Shown piece after piece: positions 1 to 8,850 of a DNA stretch of 17,172 bases. Position 1 is the first letter of the stretch, and each line of letters begins with the position of its first letter. The notes beneath the pieces were generated by a model. That model ran no database searches and had not been told where the DNA came from. It saw nothing but the letters and a program-made list of their open reading frames with translations. The DNA comes from Caecitellus pseudoparvulus (lineage: Eukaryota > Protista > Bigyra: Bicosoecida), in the NCBI GenBank assembly GCA_965644315.1, contig CBFFRQ010000133.1, forward strand, positions 1 through 17,172, in the 5' to 3' direction. Position numbers and translations under genes: made by a program.

Positions 1-352
1 TAACCCTAACGCTAACCCTAACCCTAACCCTAACCCTAACCCTAACCCTAACCCTAACCCTAACCCTAACCCTAACCCTAACCCTAACCCTAACCCTAAC
101 CCTAACCCTAACCCTAACCCTAACCCTAACCCTAACCCTAACCCTAACCCTAACCCTAACCCTAACCCTAACCCTAACCCTAACCCTAACCCTAACCCTA
201 ACCCTAACCCTAACCCTAACCCTAACCCTAACCCTAACCCTAACCCTAACCCTAACCCTAACCCTAACCCTAACCCTAACCCTAACCCTAACCCTAACCC
301 TAACCCTAACCCTAACCCTAACCCTAACCCTAACCCTAACCCTAACCCTAAC
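1..352 (+). repeat. Telomeric repeat tract (TAACCC)n = (TTAGGG)n on the minus strand; probable left chromosome end
   Basis: About 58 TAACCC hexamers from base 1, with one variant TAACGC at 7-12; ends ...CTAAC at 352. A C-rich strand at the 5' edge is the orientation expected for a left telomere. Confidence 0.98.
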
Positions 353-1533
353 TTTCCAAATGTCAACCTAATCATAGGTTGTGCATTGCTAACAATGCCT
401 AATCCAGGCGCTCGTGCACCCAAGTGTGGTGTTGCACAGCGCTAGTGCATTGCATTGGGTGCGCGGGTGAGCAGCAGTGCGATTTCCGCACGCCACGCTC
501 CCCACGCAGTGCTAAGTGCGGCTCCGGCTGGACGCTGCACCACTGCTTGCCCGAAACCATTGCTTCATCATCATGTCATCCAAGGCCAGCCAAGTCCTCG
601 GCGTGCTCTTCGCGGACAAGTGCCTGGAGCAGCGTGTGTCAGGGCGGCCACGAACAGGCGTGCTGACTGACATGTCACGCCGAGGGGCAGCCCGGACTTT
701 CCAGCTCGGTGGCATGGACATTGACTGCACGGATGGCCAAGATGCATCATTTTTCGTCCGCAAGTGGCTTGGCATCTTCGGAGATGAGCTGGAGGCCGAG
801 CTTCCTGGAGCTGCTCCTGTGATGGTGCGCGCTAATTCCGCGCTGAAACAATCCGCACCAGGGCAGACCATTCTCCTTGTCACGCTGCCGAGTGACGGTG
901 AAGGCCCCGCCATTGCCAAGTCCCTGCGCGTTGCTGCTGCTGTGCGAGAAGACTTCATCATCATGTTGAAGGGGGCGGCTCTGTGGGCGTGGTGTACTCC
1001 AACACGCGGCAGTTCACGTCAGAGCGCGCCAGGGTCAGCGTGATCGCCCCTCCCTCTGTAGTGAAGGTTGCTCAAAAGATCTCTGAGGCAGCAACCAACA
1101 TTGCCTGTGAGAGTGGGGATGTGTCCAAGATCTTGAAGCTTGTCCATGCCCATGTCACCAACACTCACTCCATCGCCAAGCGTGCTCCAAAGCCTGTCGG
1201 ACACTCCGTCTCTCCAGAAGATGACGCCTCTGTCGACAAGCTGCCAAGCACACTGCCAAAGCCCCTTGCTGAAGGCGGTCCCAAGAAGAAGAAGACACGG
1301 AGGGGCAAACGCAAGCCATCGACAAAGAGCTCTCCTCCTCGGCGCTTTGCTGAACTGTTCAAGGAGGGCGTCGTGACTACTCGCCCCACAGCGCCCTCCC
1401 CTCCATCTGCACCCGCCGAGTCGTCAGGCCAAGCTGCTCCTTCCCTGAACATGTCCCTCTTCCGTCCACCAGAGTCAAGCGCCCGACCTTCAGCAGATGG
1501 GACTCGCCCAGCCCACGCAAGAGACCTCCTCCC

Positions 1534-4500
1534 GTGTCCCCGACAGCTGCGGCACTATCGGGCAGCGGGGCACAGCCACCTCTTGCAAGTCCTGCAAACA
1601 CGGCACCCACTACGCTGCTAAAACTTGCTGACTGCAGTCGCCGACCAGCACGGCTTGGACAGGCAAACCTTGACTTGGGTTCCCCCTTGCAGCAACTCCT
1701 CGCCTCTGCGCACGCGTTCCGCAATAAGGACCAACGACACTGTGTCCAGGCCTGCTTTGAAACAGCAGCAGGAGAGCCACTCTTCAATGACGATGACCTT
1801 GTCCTTCTTCAACACGCAGCCACCATCCAAGCGGCGCAGACATCCTTCTGTGCTGTGTTGAAGAAGAGCAGCGCGCGTCACCCTGGCACACCAGACTCGG
1901 AGGTCCATGCTGTCTGTGAAACAGAACCTTCCATGCCGACCACCGAGCAAGACAAGCTTGACCTCTTTCAATCGTTCCTGTACCGACATGCGCCTGATGA
2001 TGCAGCACTCACCAGTGCCTGTCCACCTGTGCTCCTCCCTGGTCTTCATCTCTTGCTCACGCGTATCAACGAGGGCCATCGGGAACTTGAAGGCGGCACA
2101 GTGTCTGGACACTGCCTGGTTGATGTCAAGGCAGAGAAAGAGATGACCTCCGAGGCAAAAGTCTTTGCTGGGGTGTACTTCGCGTTTGCTCTCAGCTTGG
2201 TTGACACTGGAGGTGTCTCCCACCTTCAGCTCATTGTCGTCAACGCTGAGAAGTCCACACTTGTACTGTGGAACCCTGACGAACCCTTCAAGAGCACCAA
2301 CATTCCAATCGACGGCTGCCTGAACACACTCGACTCGATGGGCATTGAGTCTGTGTACCGTGTCTCATCCTCCCCGCTGAGTGGCAAGCCGATTCCCTTC
2401 AAAGACAGAGTGCGGCTGGCCATGCTGTCCCTCAGGTCTGACTTTCCCCCACTCCCGTTCGTAGCTGAGGACGAGACTGTCTACCCAAAGACTCTCATCA
2501 CTGGCAAGACAACACGGGTGTACCTCCCTGTAGGCCGCACCACGCGCCAACAAGCAGCTGCCGATGAGAGAGCCAAGACGGTTGACCCCATACTGTCACT
2601 CATCCCAACATCTGTACAAGTCGCCGACCAGATCAGTAGCGATGCACCCCATACCCCTGTCGGCCGCGGAAGACACATGACACTCGCACTTGCTGCTTGG
2701 AATGTGCACGGCTCCTGCGGCCAGTGTGTCCACGATGTCGTCACCTGTGTCCAGTCTGTGTGCAGTGCGTCGTCCATGTTGGCACTCTGTGTCACAGAGC
2801 CTGGGGGGCACGGCCTGCTCGACACGGAAGTCATGGGCCTTGAATGCTTCCGCCCAAGCCCGCCTGATCGGCCTGTCGGGCGGAGTGAGGTTGCCTTGCT
2901 GCTTGATCGAAGACTCAATGGCTCAGTGATCCCGGGCCTCGACGTTGATGGTCGCTGCATAATTGCTTGCTCGATCCCTGCAAGCCCACAACCCATCGCC
3001 ATCATAGCCACGTACGTACCCAACTGGCACTCTTGGCAGCGAAAGAAGCCAGTCGCTGATCCGGACACGAAGCTTCCGTACCGGCAAGAGGTTTGGCGGC
3101 AGCTTGAGTCTGCTGTTCAACAGCTCCGCCTCACCCACATGATTGTCATCATGGGTGACTTGAACACTCATCCAGGTGACGAAGGGGTAGGCACGTGGGG
3201 AGCAGATCACTGGGAGAACCGGACCGGCATTCCCGAGCCCACTGAAGACATCCTGCAGATGCAGCTCCTCTGCGAGCAAGGCCCACTGATCCCAGCCGGA
3301 CTTGGTGGCCTGCCAACGCACAGGTATGGTCGGGCTCTGGACCACATCCTGATGACTGAGGACCTCCACAGTATGTTGAGCAGACCACTGCACATCACAA
3401 CAACGTTCTCCAGCGGGACGAAAAAGAGTGCCGCTCGACTAGTCCTCAGTGACCATCATCTTGTTGCAGCAGAAGTCCGAGTGAAGCCTGCCAAGCGAGT
3501 GTGGACATCATCCAAGAGCCCCCATGTACAGGCGGTGCCACCCTGGTGGACCTCAGCGACAGAGGCTGGGCTGGCAGCGCAAGCGATGTTTCGAGGATCC
3601 CTCAGCTCGCGGGCCACCGCGCTCCAGACAGGCAGCGCCGCCCCGAGCCTATCCTTTCTCAACGGTGCTATCGAAGCTGCGGCTATGGACACACATCGCA
3701 AGGCCAAGACCCCACGTGACCCTCTGCCCCAGCTGAAGATGGACATCAAGGCGGCCAGCGGGCTCAAGAAGTCCATGACTGCACGCGTGTCCAAGCTGCG
3801 GAAGACCATTGCCAAGCTGCACCGGAAGCTCGCACTTGCCACCGGTCGGCATCCTCAGCCAGACCACGCCCGTGCCATCCGAGAGGGAATCTCCATGGCC
3901 ACTGAAGAGCTACACGCCACGCTTCAATGCCGCAAGGATGCAATGCGGAAGTGCACGAGGCTTGTGAAGAAGAAGCGACATGTCACTCTGTCCAGGATCC
4001 GAGCACGCTTGAGGGAACTCGCTGTCACGGATCCCTTCACTGCCCACCAACACATCAAGCGCCTGTCAGGTCGAGGTCGTCGAGCCCGTCGAGCTCCCAT
4101 CAGGTCCGTGAAGTCCATGCAGGGAGTGCTCATCTCCTCCCCTGATCTGGTGAAGGAGGAGGTTGCCAAGCAGATGTCTGGCATCCTGAGTCACAACAAG
4201 CCCAGGCCAACATCGCTGAAGTACGGGCTGGCAAGGTTCCTTCCCTCAGCCCAAGAGTCCTTCACCCCGCCAGTGACATGGCTTCCCTCCAAGAAGCAAG
4301 TCAAAGTCCTCATGGGATCACTCAGCTTGCATCGACACCCAGGCTCTGGCAAGTTCCAATCAGAGCACATCAAGTATGCTGGGCCAGGCTTCCAAGACAT
4401 CTACTCCCAAGCCGTCATCCAAGCGTTGCAACACGGCACCTGCCCGCCAGACTACCATGCAGGCATTGGGTCACTCATCCCCAAGAAGACGAGTGAAGCT

Positions 4501-4674
4501 GGGCGGCCTCGCACATACCGCTTGATTGTATGCCGCCCCCTCCTGCGAAGCTCTTCTTCTCAGTGGCCGCTGCATGCCTGGAGTCCTGGATGCAAACATG
4601 GGTGTCGAAGGAGCAGGCTGGCTTCACTCGACACCGCAACACGCATGAGCACATCTTGGCTCTCCAAGAGGTGA
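1534..4674 (+). CDS. Largest uninterrupted fragment of the element A polyprotein: protease-like domain fused in frame to APE endonuclease and start of RT
   Basis: 1046-aa ORF containing CVQACFE...HLQL...WNPD, then APE motifs WNVHG, VTE, YVP, GDLN, LDH and SDH, then LIPK...TYRLI (start of the RT core). Confidence 0.88.
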   Translation: MSPTAAALSGSGAQPPLASPANTAPTTLLKLADCSRRPARLGQANLDLGSPLQQLLASAHAFRNKDQRHCVQACFETAAGEPLFNDDDLVLLQHAATIQAAQTSFCAVLKKSSARHPGTPDSEVHAVCETEPSMPTTEQDKLDLFQSFLYRHAPDDAALTSACPPVLLPGLHLLLTRINEGHRELEGGTVSGHCLVDVKAEKEMTSEAKVFAGVYFAFALSLVDTGGVSHLQLIVVNAEKSTLVLWNPDEPFKSTNIPIDGCLNTLDSMGIESVYRVSSSPLSGKPIPFKDRVRLAMLSLRSDFPPLPFVAEDETVYPKTLITGKTTRVYLPVGRTTRQQAAADERAKTVDPILSLIPTSVQVADQISSDAPHTPVGRGRHMTLALAAWNVHGSCGQCVHDVVTCVQSVCSASSMLALCVTEPGGHGLLDTEVMGLECFRPSPPDRPVGRSEVALLLDRRLNGSVIPGLDVDGRCIIACSIPASPQPIAIIATYVPNWHSWQRKKPVADPDTKLPYRQEVWRQLESAVQQLRLTHMIVIMGDLNTHPGDEGVGTWGADHWENRTGIPEPTEDILQMQLLCEQGPLIPAGLGGLPTHRYGRALDHILMTEDLHSMLSRPLHITTTFSSGTKKSAARLVLSDHHLVAAEVRVKPAKRVWTSSKSPHVQAVPPWWTSATEAGLAAQAMFRGSLSSRATALQTGSAAPSLSFLNGAIEAAAMDTHRKAKTPRDPLPQLKMDIKAASGLKKSMTARVSKLRKTIAKLHRKLALATGRHPQPDHARAIREGISMATEELHATLQCRKDAMRKCTRLVKKKRHVTLSRIRARLRELAVTDPFTAHQHIKRLSGRGRRARRAPIRSVKSMQGVLISSPDLVKEEVAKQMSGILSHNKPRPTSLKYGLARFLPSAQESFTPPVTWLPSKKQVKVLMGSLSLHRHPGSGKFQSEHIKYAGPGFQDIYSQAVIQALQHGTCPPDYHAGIGSLIPKKTSEAGRPRTYRLIVCRPLLRSSSSQWPLHAWSPGCKHGCRRSRLASLDTATRMSTSWLSKR
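1723..2280 (+). other. Putative papain-fold (Josephin-like) cysteine protease domain
   Basis: Cys at 1741 (NKDQRHCVQACFETAAGEPLF), His at 2221 (HLQLIVV), Asn at 2272 (LVLWNPD). The same residues with the same spacing occur in B1 (10214, 10694, 10745). Confidence 0.55.
2680..3480 (+). other. Apurinic-like endonuclease (APE/EEP) domain
   Basis: LAAWNVHG (W 2698), LCVTE (E 2797), IIATYVP, IVIMGDLN (D 3157), PTH...LDHIL (D 3340), SDHHLV (3448): the full set of LINE APE catalytic motifs in order. Confidence 0.93.
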
Positions 4675-5320
4675 TCAAGGGCCACCTGCGACAGTCAACA
4701 GCGCCAGTGCAAGTCCTGGTACTCTTCGTGGACTTCCGGGGAGCATTCGACTCTGTGAGCCACGCAGCCATCACAGAGATCCTTGAGGCTGCCTCCCTCC
4801 CTGCGCCACTCCTGGCCGTCATCAAGGAGTACATGTCCAAGGCGACGGTCTCCATCAACACGCGCCATGGTCTTTGTCGCCCCTTCCTGTCAGCAATGGT
4901 GTCCCCCAAGGAGGAGCTCTGTCCCCCCTCCTCTTCAAGGTTGCGATAGATGTGCTGTCGCAAAGGCTCCACGAGATGCCCCTCCAAGGCATCCAGGGAG
5001 TGGGCATCCCAACACCAGCAGGCCATGTCACCCACACCCTGTATGCAGACGACCTGGCCTGCATCGCAACGTCTGCCACGGCCTTGCACCGAATCTTCGT
5101 AGAGGTGAAGGCCATCGCTGCCCGGGTTGGCCTTGCCATCAACCCGTCGAAGTCCGGGGTCATGATCCTTGCCAACTCCGTGCGAGGCAGCCGGACACCA
5201 GTCAGTGAAAGGAAGAAGTTGGTGTGGCGCTTCGGCTGCCCTCAAAGCGGGCAGCATGCTGAAGGTTGGCACCAAGTCCATCCAACGGGTGGCCGAGTAC
5301 ACCTACTTGGGTGTGCCGAT
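4330..5320 (+). other. Non-LTR reverse transcriptase domain (split over four ORF fragments)
   Basis: LIPK, YRLI, K..F, EQAGF, FVDFRGAFDSVSH (D 4731), GVPQGGALSPLLF (4898-), LYADDL (YADD 5042-5053), GLAINPSKS, YTYLGV (5304). Confidence 0.95.
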
Positions 5321-6352
5321 GTCCGAACATCCCGCCAAGACCCGTGCACTTACCCTGCAACAAGCTGGGCTTGCTTGCATCCAAGCCGGGTTCACTGCGG
5401 GCGCGCTGCTCAGTGCCACCTGGCTCGATGTGCAGCAGCGGCACCTGGTTGGGTATGCCACTGTCACGTCAGCCGCCGACCACATGCTGTCCACCCAAGC
5501 CAACAGTTCCCTGCTTCCGCTGCGCGATGTTGACCGCGGCGTCGCCTCGCCTTGGACAGGACCCAAGTCGGCTCGCAGAGTGCACTCATGCGCCCCCACA
5601 GCTACGCCTGCTGGCTCTATGCGGAGTCCTGCCTGCCCACATCCGCTCCACGCAACTGCGGACTGGGATGTTTGTCAAGGCTCTCCGGATGCTGCACTCG
5701 GACACCCCTCTTGCCCGAGCTCTGTGCCTGACCATCCCGCAGGCCCTTGACCTTATGCCTGCTTCGATGTCGACGACCTTCATCGTCGACACCATTGCTG
5801 ATGGAGGTCGACCTCGGGCTGCCAGTGTCCCTGCTCCGTGGGCACTGCATGCCCTCTTGGACCTCTGTCTCATGGGCTGCATGCCAGACCTTGCACAGCT
5901 TCGGCTTGCATGTGCACCTGGCTCTGAGCATGCTGCCACAGCCCTTGCCCAAGTCCTTGCCGGACTTAAGACCACCCCGGGCCTCCACAGGTCTGCGGTG
6001 GTTGGGGTGGCTGCCAGCGAGACGTCGTCCATGGCCGAACCCCCGGCCTTCACGGCAGACACCCCTGGGCCCTGCGTCGCCAAGTCCTCGCGTCGTATCT
6101 TCCATGTAGCCCAGGCAGTGCCGAGTGCAGCTGCCCACTACACCACCGACAGCCGAATCCCCCAAGTGCAGAAGCCCAGGCCGTATCATCTTGGGCCTGG
6201 TGCGCAGCACTTCGTGTGGCTACATCCACTGCCACACGGGGTGAACCCCTCTTCTGGGTCTGTCCTGATGACAGGCCCACCAGAGTGATGGTCCATCACT
6301 TCAGACCTTACAGCTTCTTCATGGGGGGGACAGTGCCACTCTGTACGAGTGC

Positions 6353-6412
6353 TGTCCGATTTGCGGACTCAACACCGATGTACAGCTGCACGTGCACATC
6401 CTGCTGCACTGC
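6353..6412 (+). other. C-terminal CCHC zinc knuckle (CX2CX10HX4C)
   Basis: The frame of ORF 6392-7204 read upstream of its called start gives CPICGLNTDVQLHVHILLHC, typical of LINE ORF2 C-termini. Confidence 0.8.
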
Positions 6413-7951
6413 ACCCACCACGAACTCACCATGGCACGCCAACACACGATGACCAAGTTCAGAGAACTGGCCAACAGGTCAGCTGTGCCCGAGTCCGCGG
6501 CGGGCCAAGTGCAGTGCCTGCCCATCCCCCCAAGATCTGCCACGCCCTCCTTCGTGCCCCCGACCCAGAGCCGCGAAGCCTGCGGGACCTCGGAGGTCCT
6601 CCACAGGCTCCTGCTCTGCGGGCAGTGGCCTCACCGGTGGGGGCTGGCCGACGAAGAGCAGCTTGTCTCTATGAAAGAGGCGGCTGTTCCTCCCCACCCC
6701 CACCTCGTCCACCGTGCTGGTCCTTGCCGTGTCCGTGCCCCAGCTGTATGGCAAGACATCCTGCGCAGCGCGGTTGAGTTCACAGCAAAGGCGTGGCGGG
6801 TCACAGTCACTTACATGTTGCGTATGACCGATGCCCACCACCTTGCTGTCCAGAGGCATGCTGAGTACCTGTGGTGGGCAGTACATGGGCGCGGGGCGCC
6901 GCTGCTGGCCGCACGCAGCCAGTGCGGTCAGCGGCCACGCGGCACACGCGCAGGCCCCGCACTCGCCGCAGGGCACGCACCTTTTTCCCTGCCAAGGCTG
7001 GCCAAGTGCCGTCCACGGAGGGCAAGGTCCAGAGGACGCTGCAGCACTTCATGGGGCCTCAGCCAGCCCATGCAGACACTGATTGTGAGGGGGAAGGGCC
7101 CGATGGTTCCTGTGAAGAGGCGAGGAGTAGGCGGAACGCAGGCGTGCGGGCGGGGAGGGAACAGCCACGCTTGTGGCCGCGTCTACCCTCCACGAGTGTC
7201 CTGACGTGATGAACCTGTGTGAAGCGTGGTGATAACCACGGTAGCCCGAAGCAGATGCCCAAGACCTTACCTTTACTTACTACATAGCCTGCGAGTAGCG
7301 GTGGAGTGAGCGGGAGCGTGCCTCGGGCCGCGGCGCGTGTGCAGCCGCAGTGCTGCACGGCCACGGCCCGGACGGCTGCTGACGACGAAGCAAGCTCACT
7401 CACCACGAAACCAGGGCGTGACGGGTTGAAGAAGAAGGTCCTTTTCCTTTCTGTACCCCTCTGGATGCGCGCGATGCGCTCTGTGGCGCGGGCGCGTGTG
7501 TGCGCACGGGTGCTGGTGTGCGCGGTCAATTTCCGCACCACGCACCTGGCCGAATGTCCACGCAGAGGCGGAGCACACACCTCATGGAGAGCGCAGAGAG
7601 GCCTATGAGGGCCACAGAGGAGGTGGGTGGGGAATTTGGATTATGATCTGTTGTCAAGACTGCGCGGATGCCTGGGTGTGCTCTGGTGAGCCCCAGGTGT
7701 CTGGCGCGAGAGGAGCAAGGGGTGAAGTGAAGCGGAGGAGGGCCAAGATGATGAATTGGAGCGGGCAGGGACCTGCCCTAGCAAGTGGCGGCAGATATAA
7801 CGGGTGCAAGCCTGTGTTTGTTGCGAATCTGGCGCCAAGCGGTAGCTGCTGTGGCGTCCTACATGTGCAGAGGAGTGCATTGTGGGGCGCCTGTGTGACG
7901 CTCAAGCTGTACGGTGCCAAGCTGTGCCGAGGTGAAATGCATTGTGAGTTG

Positions 7952-8850
7952 CTAACCCTAACCCTAACCCTAACCCTAACCCTAACCCTAACCCTAACCC
8001 TAACCCTAACCCTAACCCTAACCCTAACCCTAACCCTAACCCTAACCCTAACCCTAACCCTAACCCTAACCCTAACCCTAACCCTAACCCTAACCCTAAC
8101 CCTAACCCTAACCCTAACCCTAACCCTAACCCTAACCCTAACCCTAACCCTAACCCTAACCCTAACCCTAACCCTAACCCTAACCCTAACCCTAACCCTA
8201 ACCCTAACCCTAACCCTAACCCTAACCCTAACCCTAACCCTAACCCTAACCCTAACCCTAACCCTAACCCTAACCCTAACCCTAACCCTAACCCTAACCC
8301 TAACCCTAACCCTAACCCTAACCCTAACCCTAACCCTAACCCTAACCCTAACCCTAACCCTAACCCTAACCCTAACCCTAACCCTAACCCTAACCCTAAC
8401 CCTAACCCTAACCCTAACCCTAACCCTAACCCTAACCCTAACCCTAACCCTAACCCTAACCCTAACCCTAACCCTAACCCTAACCCTAACCCTAACCCTA
8501 ACCCTAACCCTAACCCTAACCCTAACCCTAACCCTAACCCTAACCCTAACCCTAACCCTAACCCTAACCCTAACCCTAACCCTAACCCTAACCCTAACCC
8601 TAACCCTAACCCTAACCCTAACCCTAACCCTAACCCTAACCCTAACCCTAACCCTAACCCTAACCCTAACCCTAACCCTAACCCTAACCCTAACCCTAAC
8701 CCTAACCCTAACCCTAACCCTAACCCTAACCCTAACCCTAACCCTAACCCTAACCCTAACCCTAACCCTAACCCTAACCCTAACCCTAACCCTAACCCTA
8801 ACCCTAACCCTAACCCTAACCCTAACCCTAACCCTAACCCTAACCCTAAC
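7952..8850 (+). repeat. Internal telomeric repeat tract, C(TAACCC)149TAAC, 899 bp
   Basis: Uninterrupted TAACCC hexamers between element A and element B1; no variant units seen. Confidence 0.98.

Larger units (their letters stand above)
573..7204 (+). pseudogene. Element A polyprotein (about 2200 codons: N-terminal domain - protease-like - APE - RT - CCHC), interrupted by frameshifts (real decay or sequencing indels)
   Basis: Overlapping ORFs 516-1043, 983-1621, 1534-4674, 4530-4949, 4874-5533, 5169-5750, 5266-6288, 6216-6452 and 6392-7204 hand over successive motifs. ATG 573 (MSSKASQVLGVLF) aligns with ATG 9074 of B1 ([13 protein letters not shown]). The 3' end (7204 or 7209) is uncertain. 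Confidence 0.75.
353..7951 (+). mobile_element. Element A: full-length telomere-inserted non-LTR retrotransposon (APE + RT, single-ORF type), autonomous or recently autonomous
   Basis: Bounded on both sides by telomeric repeats (CTAAC|TTTCCAAATG at 353; GAGTTG|CTAACCC at 7951). APE, RT and CCHC motifs occur in LINE order. 5' and 3' termini are homologous to those of B1/B2. Confidence 0.93.

Noticed and set aside
7-12. Variant telomeric unit TAACGC
   Set aside because: A single substitution at the extreme edge of the sequence; most likely a read error or isolated mutation.
353-572. Telomerase RNA gene or hammerhead ribozyme in the 5' leader
   Set aside because: No CTAACCCTAAC template inside the leader and no CUGAnGA/GAAA hammerhead core visible.
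4330-5320. RT being TERT or a Penelope/Athena RT
   Set aside because: QAGF, DF..AFD, GVPQG..LSP.LF and YADD, plus the upstream APE and downstream CCHC, are LINE-type; no TERT T-motif or GIY-YIG seen.
955-6350. Programmed ribosomal frameshifting as the explanation for the breaks in element A
   Set aside because: Too many shifts, several inside the RT core; the homologous B ORF is continuous across the first two.
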